DNA of 63,626 nucleotides, the filler included, from Nemertoderma westbladi (taxonomy: Eukaryota; Animalia; Xenacoelomorpha): assembly GCA_032718475.1 (NCBI GenBank). It is 4 parts of 4 records of this genome, joined end to end, with 100 filler letters (N's around TTAATTAATTAA, not from the genome) between each part and the next. Parts side by side here need not be neighbours in the genome. Positions count along the whole stretch, not along the records: positions 1 to 16,527 come from JAUCBJ010003108.1; positions 16,628 to 42,591 come from JAUCBJ010005352.1; 2 more parts are not named here. One strand, 5' to 3'. The stretch's first letter is position 1. The number at the start of each line of letters is the position of its first letter. The notes under the pieces are model-generated. The model saw only the letters and a program-made list of their open reading frames with translations. It had not been told where the DNA came from and ran no database searches. The position numbers and the translations under genes are program-made. Below, in pieces: positions 13,145 through 25,827 of the stretch.

Positions 13145-15945
13145 TTGACAAGTAATTATTTTTGGGAGATGAATAATTGTTTTTGGGGGTAGAATAATTG
13201 TTTTTGGGGGGTAGAATAATTGTTTTTGGGGAATCAATAATTGTTTTTAGGGGATGAATAATTGTTTTTGGGAGATGAATAATTGTTTTTGGGAGATGAA
13301 TAATTGTTTTTGGGGGATGAATAATTGTTTTTGGGGAATCAATAATTGTTTTTGGGGAATCAATAATTGTTTTTGGGGGTATAATAATTGTTTTTGGGGA
13401 ATCAATAATTGTTTTTGGGGAATCAATAATTGTTTTTAGGGGATGAGTAATTGTTTTTGGGGGATCAATAATTGTTTTTGGGGAATCAATAATTGTTTTT
13501 GGGGATGAATAATTGTTTTTGGGAGATGAATAATTGTTTTTGGGGAATCAATAATTGTTTTTGGGGAATCAATAATTGTTTTTAGGGGATGAGTAATTGT
13601 TTTTGGGGATCAATAATTGTTTTTGGGGAATCAATAATTGTTTTTGGGGATGAATAATTGTTTTTGGGAGATGAATAATTGTTTTTGGGAGATGAATAAT
13701 TGTTTTTGGGGGATGAATAATTGTTTTTGGGGAATCAATAATTGTTTTTGGAGGTAGAATAATTGTTTTTGGGGGATGAATAATTGTTTTTGGGGGTATG
13801 AATAATTGTTTTTGGGGGATGAATAATTGTTTTTGGGGGATGAATAATTGTTTTTGGGGAATCAATAATTGTTTTTGGGGGTAGAATAATTGTTTTTGGG
13901 GGATGAATAATTGTTTTTGGGGGATGAATAATTGTTTTTGGGGGATGAATAATTGTTTTTGGGGGATGAATAATTGTTTTTGGGGGATGAATAATTGTTT
14001 TTGGGGGATGAATAATTGTTTTTGGAGGATGAATAATTGTTTTTGGGGGATGAATAATTGTTTTTGGGGGATGAATAATTGTTTTTGGGGAATCAATAAT
14101 TGTTTTTGGGGTATGAATAATTGTTTTTGGGGGATGAATAATTGTTTTTGGGGGATGAATAATTGTTTTTGGGGGATGAATAATTGTTTTTGGGGATGAA
14201 TAATTGTTTTTGGGGGATGAATAATTGTTTTTGGGGTATGAATAATTGTTTTTGGGGATGAATAATTGTTTTTGGGGGATGAATAATTGTTTTTGGGGGA
14301 TGAATAATTGTTTTTGGGGAATGAATAATTGTTTTTGGGGGATGAATAATTGTTTTTGGGGGATGAATAATTGTTTTTGGGGGATGAATAATTGTTTTTG
14401 GGGGATGAATAATTGTTTTTGGGGGATGAATAATTGTTTTTGGGGGATGAATAATTGTTTTTGGGGGATGAATAATTGTTTTTGGGGGATGAATAATTGT
14501 TTTTGGGGGATCAATAATTGTTTTTGGGGGATGAATAATTGTTTTTGGGGTATGAATAATTGTTTTTGGGGTATGAATAATTGTTTTTGGGGGATGAATA
14601 ATTGTTTTTGGGGGATGAATAATTGTTTTTGGGGGATGAATAATTGTTTTTGGGGGATGAATAATTGTTTTTGGGGGATGAATAATTGTTTTTGGGGGAT
14701 GAATAATTGTTTTTGGGGGATGAATAATTGTTTTTGGGGGATGAATAATTGTTTTTGGGGGATGAATAATTGTTTTTGGGGATGAATAATTGTTTTTGGG
14801 GGATGAATAATTGTTTTTGGGGGATGAATAATTGTTTTTGGGGGATGAATAATTGTTTTTGGGGGATGAATAATTGTTTTTGGGGGATGAATAATTGTTT
14901 TTGGGGTATGAATAATTGTTTTTGGGGGATGAATAATTGTTTTTGGGGGATGAATAATTGTTTTTGGGGGATGAATAATTGTTTTTGGGGGTATGAATAA
15001 TTGTTTTTGGGGGATGAATAATTGTTTTTGGGGGATGAATAATTGTTTTTGGGGATGAATAATTGTTTTTGGGGAATGAATAATTGTTTTTGGGGGATGA
15101 ATAATTGTTTTTGGGGGATGAATAATTGTTTTTGGGGGATGAATAATTGTTTTTGGGGGATGAATAATTGTTTTTGGGGAATGAATAATTGTTTTTGGGG
15201 GATGAATAATTGTTTTTGGGGGATGAATAATTGTTTTTGGGGGATGAATACTTGTTTTTGGGGGATGAATAATTGTCTTTGGGGAATGAATAATTGTTTT
15301 TGGGGGTATGAATGATTGTTTTTGGGGGATGAATAATTGTTTTTAGGGGATGAATAATTGTTTTTGGGGATGAATAATTGTTTTTGGGGAATCAATAATT
15401 GTTTTTGGGGTATGAATAATTGTTTTTGGGGAATCGAATAATTGTTTTTGGGGGAGAATAATTGTTTTTGGGGGATGTAATAATTGTTTTTGGGGGATGA
15501 ATAATTGTTTTTGGGGATGAATAATTGTTTTTGGGGGATGAATAATTGTTTTTGGGGGATGAATAATTGTTTTTGGGGAATCAATAATTGTTTTTGGCGA
15601 ATGAATAATTGTTTTTGGGGGATCAATAATTGTTTTTGGGGGATGTTGTTTTTGGGGGATCAATAATTGTTTTTGGTGGATGAATAATGGTTTTTGGAGG
15701 ATGGATAATTGTTTTTGGGGAATCAGTAATTGTTTTTGGGGGACGAATAATTGTTTTTGGGGAATCAATAATTGTTTTTGGGGAATCAATAATTGTTTTT
15801 GGGGGATGAATAATTGTTTTTGGGGGATCAATAATTGTTTTTGGCGGATGAATAATTGTTTTTGGGGAATCAATAATTGTTTTTGGAGGATGTTTTTTGG
15901 GGAATCAATAATTGTTTTTGGTGGATGAATAATGGTTTTTGGTGA
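13145..15945. repeat. Minisatellite, ~21-bp unit (GAATAATTGTTTTTGGGGGAT), ~130 copies
   Basis: Directly visible array; gives the spurious MNNCFWG / IPQKQLF / PKTIIHP ORFs. Confidence 0.98.
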
Positions 15946-16527
15946 GAAGGATATTCAAAATTGGGGGATGCGAATTGGTGCTACAAAAAATATATTTGGT
16001 GCAAAATAATTTATTTTGGTGTTTTAAATCATCTAATTTGGGGTGGCCGTGGCATTCAATGATTGGCGGATAAATAGTTTCTATTTACTAATATAACATT
16101 TTTGCCATTAACAAATATTTCAATAACCGTCTTCCTTTAATTTGAGTGAAATATGTAAAATATCGTCACAAAGTTAAAATATATAAAGTTAAATCCCATC
16201 AGTGAAAGTCAATAAATAGTACATTTTAGATTACAGTGTAAGTTTTGTGTGAATTCAACTGTTACTTGCGTCGATTTTCCTCTGGAGAGGGATGACCTGC
16301 GAGAGTCCTACCAACCCCCCCCCCCCCCCGCCCCAAATAGTAAAGTAATAGTAAAATAATGTGTGTGACGTGTGTGTGGGGGTGTGTGTGTGTGTGTATG
16401 TATGTAAAAAGTAGAATAATGTAGGTGTATATGTGGTAGGGTTGTGACCGAATGAAGTCAAGTAAAGAGGAGAAATATAAACGTAAAAGATAGGTTGAGA
16501 TTATCCGTGCTGGGTTTGAGAGTATGG

Positions 16528-16627
16528 NNNNNNNNNNNNNNNNNNNNNNNNNNNNNNNNNNNNNNNNNNNNTTAATTAATTAANNNNNNNNNNNNNNNNN
16601 NNNNNNNNNNNNNNNNNNNNNNNNNNN
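16528..16627. other. Assembly gap (N run with TTAATTAATTAA linker)
   Basis: 100-nt block with the same layout as the other two gaps. Confidence 0.99.
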
Positions 16628-17338
16628 CTGACAGTTAACTTTGAAAGTCCTCAGCAAGTCTCTGATCGGATGAGCATAAGCTCAAAGGATGGTATGCTTG
16701 AGCATGTGGACGACTTCTGTTACCTGGGATCATGGATCCGGAAGTCAGGTGAGGACCTTCGAATACGTAAGGGAAAGGCATGGGCAGCCTTGAATAGGCT
16801 TTCCAGGATTTGGAAGTCACCTAGAATTAATCGGAAACTTAAGGTCCGATTATTTAGAGCAGCAGTAGTTCCAGTACTCCTCTACGGGAGTCCATGCTGG
16901 GCTCTAACTGCTGAGGACACCAAATCTCTGGATGGCACATTCACAAGAATGCTACGCCGGGTACATTGTGTCAAGTACAATGCACACATCTCCAACCAGA
17001 CACTATATAACATTGGAGGTGTCTCATTGGTTCCCCCAAGCTTGACACTAGAACAAAATCGCCTCCGCTTTGCAGGACATTGCTTTCGCCGTGAGGACCA
17101 GCCAGTGCATAATCTTGTACTTTGGCAGCCTCATGGAGTAAATAAGCATGGTGGACAGCCCATGACTTTCTTGAGACGCATCTTAAAGGACACTGGCCTT
17201 AAAGATGCGGATGATCTTCAAATGTCATGGGTGATAGGGAGTTGTGGCGGTGCAATTTTGTTGACAAGCCGGCACAGCATTCTTAAAAATGCAGCTGCAA
17301 TGCAGCATGCCGATCCTAGTAGTAGTAGTAGTAGTAGT
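16628..17338 (+). mobile_element. RTE-clade LINE, 3' portion (cut by the gap), young family
   Basis: VDDFCYLGS..RIRKGKAWAALNRLSRIWKS..PVLLYGS..RLRFAGHC RT C-terminal motifs; ends in (TAG)n tail; near-identical to 47833-50744 and 57266-61027. Confidence 0.93.
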
Positions 17339-17344
17339 TAGACA

Positions 17345-18480
17345 GGGCGAGTCATTGTCCCCATTGCTTTTATCTTTATTTATTAATGACCATGAGCTGG
17401 AGTTGATATGTGGAGGTGCTCCTGGGTATGATCTTGGGACCTTTAAATGATTTCTTCTTCTTTACACTGACGATATCATGTTGCTAAGCGACACAGCTGT
17501 TGTCCTCCAGAATGCTCTGGACATTCTGAGTAACTATAATTCATTCTGGGGAATGAAAGTTAATCTAAGTAAATTCAAGGTTATGGTCTTTCATAAAGGC
17601 GGGCCTCTCCGTTGAAACAAACACTTGTTGTATAAGTGTAGCCCCCTGGAAGTAGTTTCGTCCTACTCTTACCTTGGTATTATATTTACCCCATCTGGTA
17701 GCTTCCCTCTTACCCAGCAATATCTTGCAGACAAAGCCAATAAAGCGTATTTTACTCTCCTTAAGTATCTCAGACAATATCCCAATTTATCATTTTCCAC
17801 TCTCAATTTCCAGAAAACTTCGTATTATTAAGTTTTGGATTCGTATTTTGAATCTCCCAACTACCGTATCGTTAAGAAGGCCTATCTTCTCCATCTTCAT
17901 GACTGCTTGGTTTTCAGTTCAGTTAACTGGGCCTCCACTGTTCCCGGACCTTCTAGGATCTTTAGGCTTCCGGGGAATTTGGGACAACCAGTACGTAGAA
18001 CACCAAACCCTATTCTTAGCAGAGCTCAGGACACGGCTCCAAGATAATTAATTATATCCAACAGTGGTGGTCACTAGTGAGTTCTTCTCCCCAATCACTG
18101 CTCTACGTTAAGTATTTGTACCAGGAGGAATCCTACCTGAATGTCCTACACAGGTGCCCCAGACTCTGTCGGTCGCTTGCGAGATTTCTTACATCATCTC
18201 ACTCCCTAATGATCGAGCAAGGTAAATGGAATAGCACACCCCTTAATGAACGTTATTGCCCCGTCTGTATGTTTGCGGTCAATGAGGATGAATATCACTT
18301 TTTGCTAAAATGCCCAGTCCATCAGGATCTTAGAGTCTTACCACGGAAACCCCACATAAATAAATATAAATATAAAGACTTAGTAGGCTCAAACTCTATC
18401 GAAAAAATTTAATGTCTGGCATTTTTTTTGGCAAAGGCGTCCGAACGGCGCGATAAAATTTTACAACCACATTAGAACGT
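17345..18480 (+). mobile_element. Degenerate LINE ORF2 3' half (RTEX/L2-CR1-like, clade uncertain)
   Basis: Frameshifted pieces: YTDDIMLL (RT), WGMKVNLSK, SYSYLGIIF, HSLMIEQGKW..RYCPVC..EDEYHFLLKCP (C-terminal CCHC). Confidence 0.75.
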
Positions 18481-18639
18481 GGTTTCGGGTAACTTTTCAT
18501 ATGTTTTATATTTATGTGTTCATCTTCCATGTACATTACTTTATAAATTACAGTATGTGCATATATTTACTGTACTGGTGACACCGGTTTACCGGTCTTA
18601 CTTTCTCTAGTATTTTCTTCATATTATATATTTAATGGC

Positions 18640-19965
18640 CTGGGGGGATGGATAGCCACTCCACCTCAGGGCTAGGGGGATGGATAGCCGCTCCACCACG
18701 GGGCCAGGGGGATGGATAACCGCTCCACCACAGGGCCAGAGGGGATGGATAGCCGCTCCACCACAGGGCCGGGGGATGGATAGCCGCTCCACCACAGGGC
18801 CGGGGGGGATGGATAACCGCTCCACCACAGGGCCAGATGGGATGGATAGCCACTCAACAACAGGGCCGGGGGGATCGATATCCGCTCCACCACAGGGCCA
18901 GATGGGATGGATAGCCGCTCCACCACAGGGCTGAGGGAGTGGATAGCTGCTCCACCACAGGGCCGGGAGGGGATGGATAGCCGCTCCACCACAGGGACGG
19001 AGGAGATGGATAGCCGCGCTCCACCACAGGGCCGGGGGGATGGATAGCCGCTCCACCACAGGGACAAAGGGGATGGATAGCCACTCCACCAAGGGCTGAG
19101 GGAGTGGATAGCTGCTCCACCACAGGGCCGGGATGAGATGGATAGCCACTCAACAACAGGGCTGGGGGATGGATAGCCACTCCACCACAGGGCCGGGGGG
19201 GTGGATATCCGCTCCACCACAGGGCCGGGGGGATGGATAGCCGCTCCACCACATGGCCGGGGGGATGGATAGCCGCTCCACCACAGGGCCGGGGAGGATG
19301 GATAACCGCTCCACCACAGGGCCAGATGGGATGGATAGCCACTCAACAACAGGGCCGGGGGGATCGATATCCGCTCCACCACAGGGCCAGATGGGATGGA
19401 TAGCCGCTCCACCACAGGGCCGGGGGGATGGATAGCCGCTCCACCACAGGGACGGAGGAGATGGATAGCCGCGCTCCACCACAGGGCCGGGAGGGGATGG
19501 ATAGCCGCTCTACCACAGGGCCAGAGGGGATGGATAGCCACTCAACAACAGGGCTGGGGGATGGATAGCCACTCCACCACAGGGCCGGGAGGAGATGGAT
19601 AGCCGCTCAAGAACAGGGCTGGGGGATGGATAGCCACTCCACCACAGGGCCGGGGGGAGATGGATAGCCGCTCAAGAACAGGGCTGGGGGATGGATAGGC
19701 ACTCCACCACAGGGCCGGGGGGATGGATAGCCGCTCAAGAACAGGGCTGGGGGATGGATAGGCACTCCACCACAGGGCCGGGGGAATGGATAGCCACTCA
19801 ACAACAGGGCTGGGGGATGGATAGCCGCTCCACCACAGGGACGGAGGAGATGGATAGCAACGCGCTCCACCACAGGGCCGGGGGGATGGATAGCCGCTCC
19901 ACCACAGGGACGGAGGAGATGGATAGCCGCGCTCCACCGCAGGGCCGGGGGGGATGGATTGGATA
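18640..19965. repeat. GC-rich minisatellite, ~33-36-bp unit (GGATGGATAGCCGCTCCACCACAGGGCCGGGGG), ~39 copies
   Basis: Visible array with variant units and block duplications; source of many overlapping low-complexity ORFs. Confidence 0.95.
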
Positions 19966-20358
19966 GTCGCTAATTTATACAAATCGGATCTTGCCCTCAT
20001 TTTTGCTATTATTATGCATCCATCCATATAGGGGTATACAACCAGTGTATTCATCATTAAATCAAAAGTCGATTTATTATGTTATGGAATGAATTAAAGA
20101 TTATTATTAAATATTAGGGAAAACTTGTTTAGAAAGGGTCTTTCGCACGTCAATTCAAACCACACAATTAAAGATTCTGGCAGGCTCAATCAAAAATACA
20201 CTGTGTTATGCATATCTCGAAATATATTCACTCCACATCCACTGGAATTAACTTTAGCTTGTACTGATATTCCGCCTTTTATTATATACGAGTGTACATT
20301 TTATATACCAGTGCATAATTATTATATGCACTTTAATATGCACTCTTATATGTACCTA

Positions 20359-20447
20359 TACTAAGTTATGCGCACAAGATAATAAGTTGTGCGCACAACT
20401 TACGGAAAAAATATTTTTTTCCAAATGTCCCTTTAGGGGCTCCGTAA
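20359..20447. mobile_element. Probable single arm of a non-autonomous DNA transposon
   Basis: Two AAGTTRTGCGCACAA repeats followed by ATGTCCCTTTAGGGGCTCCGTA; partner arm not found. Confidence 0.35.
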
Positions 20448-21307
20448 CTTTCCTTTGAAATAGAGCGTTATCCGGAGAATCTTTTATGTTTTTACTAAAG
20501 GTTATATACGTATTGTATCTACCGGGACATTCGAATAACAGATGAGCTATTTTCCTCTCCAACCCTCCCGGCATTAATTACGTCTCCTCATTTTAATCAT
20601 TCATGAAAAGAGTATCTACTCCATTAAGTTAATCGACATTTGAAATGAGTTTAGATCGGCAACGGGCAATAACAGTAACAGGAGGCTGAATAAAAAAAAT
20701 TGAAAGTTTTGAATAATTTTCCCTAATGACTTCATATAATTTATGGATTGCCCGAAACCAATCAAATACATTACTACGATTAGACACGTTCGCGATTTAG
20801 TTTTATAATCACAATTTTCAGAATAAATATTGTCTTATTATCTGAATCACTGATATGTCAAAATGACCACAAAAACCAATTGTGTTTGTTTATAGTGGAT
20901 TTAAAAATACTTGTATCTAAATTATTACATTAAGGGAAAGCAGCAGTGTTTTCTAACCAAAACAATAAACAAAACTTTATTTAATATACGATGAATTTCG
21001 GTGTTTTCTAACCAAAACAATACCACTTTTGTCACTTGTGGTCGAAATTAGCCACAACCTGCTGAATCTATAACAAGTTAACACTATTAAACCCGGTGGG
21101 GGGGGGGGGGGGGGGGGGGGGTACTACCCCTGTGGTTATGGTTACATAATAATATCTCTGAAGCAAGGCAATCTTAACTTTTACTAAAAACTTTTATCGG
21201 TTTTAAAAAATATTGAGAACTTTTCGAGATAAAAGGTCGTCAAATAAGTGTTGAAACAGTTCGGAATTTTGTTGCGATTACTAACAGATTTTCTTGTAGG
21301 ATCAACG

Positions 21308-21469
21308 CGTTTCGTTGGACACATCCCGTTTCGTTGGACACATCCCGTTTCGTTGGACACATCCCGTTTCGTTGGACACATCCCGTTTCGTTGGACACAT
21401 CCCGTTTCGTTGGACACATCCCGTTTCGTTGGACACATCCCGTTTCGTTGGACACATCCCGTTTCGTTT
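21308..21469. repeat. Perfect 19-bp tandem repeat (GTTTCGTTGGACACATCCC), 8 full copies plus a partial
   Basis: Contiguous identical units with no spacers. Confidence 0.97.
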
Positions 21470-21763
21470 TTTCTATAAATTATTATTAGTGACTGGATTT
21501 TAGCAGGATGCGATTTATTGGTGATAAAATTCGTTTTGTGATATTCTTGTTGTACCTTATGAATAATAGTTGATAGATGTAAGGCGATTGATTACCTTAA
21601 GTAGTAAGCTTTCCAGCCCTTTTCAAAGCTACAATATTTTTTTGAAGTTAGTAATAATTGCTGAAAATATCATTAAATGTTAACAGATGTGAAGCATTAC
21701 CAGTATTACTGCTACAATCAAGTACTACGCCATAACAATTATTGACTGGCTAGCCATTCCAGT

Positions 21764-22977
21764 GGATCTAGGACACTTCCCCCACGGACACTTCCCCCCC
21801 GGACACTTCCCCCCCGCCCAAGTAGGACACTTCCCCCCCGGACACTTCCCCCCCAGTTAAAGTGTTAAAATTAATCTGGGTGCATCGAAGCAATAAACAA
21901 AAGTTAAAGATGGTTATAGGACAAGTTGTATCTAGACAAATTTTTTCAAAATTATAAAAGAAACATTCTTATAGTCAAATTTTGTTTGTTTTTCTTTTAA
22001 TTCCTTTAATTCTTTTAATTTCTTTTAATTTCTTTTAATTGGGGGCTGCCGCCCCCAAACCCCCGCTTCTTTTGTTGGGGGCTGCCGCCCCCAAACCCCC
22101 GCTTCTGTTCTTGGGGGCTGCCGCCCCCAAACCCCCGCTTCTTTTCTTGGGGGTTATCGCCCCCAGACCCCGGCATTTCCCTGAGTCCCCGTGGTGAAAG
22201 ACTTAAGACCAATTTAAAATAATTAATTCATGTTTGTATCATCAGATAATAATTTGACTAAGCCTAAAGTAGGAGCTGTATTGAATGTTAACCAATTTGA
22301 TATATAAATTACTACAATATTATATAATTCAACAAAATCCTATTAAAGATATTGCAAGTAACCAGGAAATTTAATATGTAGTGTGTATGATATCTATATA
22401 GTATGTATAGTAGTAATATGTATATCAATATGTAATGCTGAACACAGAATACAGGTCGACGCATGTCGATTTTACCCTGGAGAGGTATAATTTTGATTGC
22501 AACAATAATATTCATCCCCATCTGCTACAATTTGAAGAAGACTATTACATAATAATACCTATAATTAAAACAATTAATTATTATAATTCTATAGTTAATA
22601 AAAGCAGTATATCATTCCGGGGATGGAATTTATAGGTCATCTAATATAATTAATTGTTTAAAGATTAGTAAACAATACGATGTAATTGCATTGATAAAAC
22701 CCATAAATAAAACTTGGATATAAAATGTAAAATCGGGATGCAAAAGATCACTTTCTGAGCTACGAAAGGAAAATTGGATACAACTTATCTGGATACAAGC
22801 GGTCCGTTTTCCTTACAAAATGAAAAATACGAATGTGCGAAGTTAAGAACAGTCGGGGGGGAAGTGTCTGCGGGGGGGAAGTGTCTGGGGGGGAAGTGTC
22901 CGGGGGGGAAGTGTCCTACTTGAGCGGGGGGGAACTGTCCGGGGGGGAAGTGTCCGGGGGGGAAGTGTCCGAACACC
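21764..22977. mobile_element. Non-autonomous Mutator/MULE-like (foldback-type) element
   Basis: 9-bp TSD CATTCCAGT (21755-21763 and 22978-22986); GG...CC termini; arms built from inverted GGACACTTCCCCCC repeats. Confidence 0.88.
22039..22173. repeat. 36-bp tandem repeat with hairpin core GGGGGCTGCCGCCCCC, ~3.7 copies, inside the MULE-like element
   Basis: Units start at 22039, 22075, 22111 and 22147. Confidence 0.9.
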
Positions 22978-23521
22978 CATTCCAGTGCCTAGTAAATTTT
23001 AATCTACTTAGGAAGGGAGAATCCATCTGATTTAATAAGAAACAAGAAACTGTGGCAGCTATTCATCCTACCTGCCCGTACCCAGTACCTAAGGATATGT
23101 GACTTGTTGAAAGAGACAATGTTGAAACGCTACGCCCATCTCACCAGGTACTTCAACAATAATTTTACATAATGCCTTTGATAATTCCAGGGACCGCTAA
23201 TATCAACCTCGCCGGTCTAACGAAGTATAGACGATGAATCGAGGAACAGTACAGGAGTTTTCTTCAGTCGTTTGGTGGGATTACATTCTTTCAGGTCTGG
23301 TCAAGGTTTTCAGATCCTGCTACTCTGACTGGACTTATAACGGAAATTGGATAAATAAAATTCACAGTAGGTATTAAATGAAAACTATAAATTTTTCTTA
23401 CTAAAAACATTTGTTTTTTATATTTTCTTTAGAAATTACAGAAACTATCAATTATTGATTGATATTTTCCCAATATTGATCGAAACATTTATTTTATTTC
23501 GGTGAACAACCAACCACAAGA

Positions 23522-25661
23522 CAGTGCCGGATTAACCTTAAGGCATATAAGGCACGTGCCTTAGGGCCAGCCGAAAATACGGGCCATATTTTCTCAGCGA
23601 GTCATTCCTGTGAAAAAAAATTATCTGAAAAGTCCACATTTTTTCTCACTATTTGTAGAATACAGAGCAAGAAAGTGCATCTTTTGTCTACTTTCTATCC
23701 CTAAATTTGTGATAGAAAGTGCAATATTCTAGCTCAGTCAACCGACAGGTGCTGTGTTATTAGTTCGAGACCTGATGGCAGGGAAATAATAAAACTTGGG
23801 CTGTAAAACTTTAAATTGCTAATTATGAATAATGGAGAATTATTTTACTTATTTGTGGGGAATTATTTGTAGTTATGCTCTTAAACTTTCTAGAACAACC
23901 AAATAATGACGTGGTGACATACTGGAAATAATGTACATAGTAAATGTATGGCGTGGAGATATGGTAGTGCGAAATTAATTTTTTGTTACCAGAAACTAGT
24001 TTTATAAATATAGGCCCTAATAGATAAAAAAAGGATAACTTGGTTGTAGATAAAATAGTTGTTGATAAAAAAAAAACGTGTCAGAAATAACTTCTTGTCA
24101 CTACTGTAATTTAATTTAACCGAAATTCAGATGTTCTGCCCTCGTGTATTGAAATTTGCAATCGATGGCATTTTAGATGCAATTCCTGCAAAACTCTCGG
24201 ACAGCATAATTGAATTTGGGAAAATTAAAATTAGTGACAAAAAGTACTTATTTCCGAGACGGTTCTCTTATCGAAGAACATTACTTTCTCAGCAAGTCCA
24301 AATCTAGATCAGAAATATTATATATTTGCACTAAGCCCACACTTTTGGTGTGTTATATTTCTCACTTCTCAGCAAGTCCTGTAAAGATAAGTACCCTGCG
24401 AAACCTACCCTACAGCAAATAAATAACACAGTCCCACGATCCGATCAAAATTGCTAAATGCCTACAGGGGCCAGTCAGCCTTAAGGGGGCCAACTATAAC
24501 CCCCACAGAAATGAAATTTTCGAAAATTTACAAATTTTTTTGTAGTTTGATAGAAGGGCTTCTATAAGGTGATATCGGATTTCAACAGTGAATGATTTTT
24601 TGACCTCAACACTTCTCTTTTCAACAACATAATATATTGCTGATATTTATGACTCTGTATAAAACAACCTTTTTTATCAGTTTGTCAATTTTGACTTTTT
24701 TCATCACTAAATTCCCTACTACTATTTTATTTTTTACTCAATTGCCATCAAACATATACCAAAACGTTCAGCAGCTTTAGGACTATTAACGTTGGTTTTG
24801 TAAAACATGGCCATTTAGATCTAGTACCGATTTTGTAACTGCTTCTCTTTGTCTATCACAAAATATTTGATGCCCAAAATATAGCCCGGACATACTAAAA
24901 CCCCCATCAATTTTTCAAAAACATTAATTTTGTGCTAAAATTTCCATAGAAGATAGCCTACATATCTATAGGTCCATTTTACCAAAGTCTTGGACCAAGA
25001 ACTTCAATGCAGGTGGTATTACACTACAGATCCTTAACCATGAGCTAATTTACATATAAATGCATAAAAATTTACATATACATATCAAAATTGATACAAT
25101 TTTTGAAAAAAACCGACTTACTCGAAAAGTGCCATATTTTTCGAACAAACGGTTTATGAAGCTATCTAATGTATACTCAGTTTTCATAGTATATAAAAGA
25201 TCACAGATCATTGTGTTAAAGTTTCAGAATAGTAGCTTTATAAATAATAGAAAAATAAATCAAATCAATAAAATCAAAAAATAAAACAAATAGATTTGTG
25301 GTAGTTGTCCCATTAATACTGTATATTAAAAATTAAGGCTTGAGAAATTCTACCAAAAGCATTACACTTTTTATAGCAAAGGTTTTATAGGCATAATATT
25401 CCGTTTAGTATTGTTACAATTCTTCATGAAAACGATTTTTGCAAAGTACAGAACTTTTATTATTAAAGTACTTAGTACTTATTTGCACGCAGTCATACAA
25501 CGAAAATACTTTATATTTCCTTCGCATCATTTTCTCAATTTCAGTTGTTTTTAGCAGCTTTTTCTTTTGAAAGGGTTTGCCGAAAAATATCAATTTTCGG
25601 GCCATTTTTTGGAAATTACTAAAATGTGCCTTAGGGCCACCAGATGCTTAATCCGGCACTG
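23522..25661. mobile_element. Non-autonomous hAT-like element
   Basis: TIR CAGTGCCGGATTAA / TTAATCCGGCACTG; 8-bp TSD CCACAAGA (23514-23521, 25662-25669); GTGCCTTAGGGCCA subterminal motif at both ends. Confidence 0.92.
24485..25312. mobile_element. Possible TTAA-flanked (Kolobok/piggyBac-like) non-autonomous element nested in the hAT element
   Basis: TTAA|GGGGGCCAACTA at left and TAGTTGTCCCA|TTAA at right (imperfect TIR). Confidence 0.5.
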
Positions 25662-25827
25662 CCACAAGACATAGTAAAATGTCAAAACCGCGTGTAGGTA
25701 CTCCAGTCAATGTATGAAGACCACTCCACTGATTCTACCAATCAGTCTGTCAGGTCAGACTTTCTGCAATCATTACCGGTATGGATTTTAGCAGGGTTAT
25801 ATGTGCTATTTGAGCTCCATGTTATGT

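Larger units (their letters stand above)
12334..16051. mobile_element. Foldback-like non-autonomous DNA element with oppositely oriented subterminal repeat arms
   Basis: Left end GTCATCCCAAAATTGATG..AAATTATTTTACACCA resembles the reverse complement of the right end (GCCACCCCAAATTAGATG..AAATTATTTTGCACCA); left arm ATCCCCCAAAATATAAATACATT repeats face right arm repeats whose reverse complement is ATCCCCCAAAAACAATTATTC; no clear TSD. Confidence 0.55.

Noticed and set aside
13254-15928. Long ORFs (IPQKQLF, MNNCFWG, PKTIIHP repeats)
   Set aside because: Translations of a 21-bp minisatellite with frequent frame-shifting units
16572-16583. TTAATTAATTAA motif inside N runs (also in the other two gaps)
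   Set aside because: Artificial all-frame stop linker added during scaffolding; adjacency across gaps is not reliable
18619-20057. Many overlapping Pro/Gly/Trp-rich ORFs
   Set aside because: Products of a GC-rich minisatellite that is open in several frames on both strands
21308-21469. CRISPR-like repeat starting GTTTC
   Set aside because: Units are contiguous with no spacers, there are no cas genes, and the context is eukaryotic; the same applies to the 60-, 50- and 38-bp arrays
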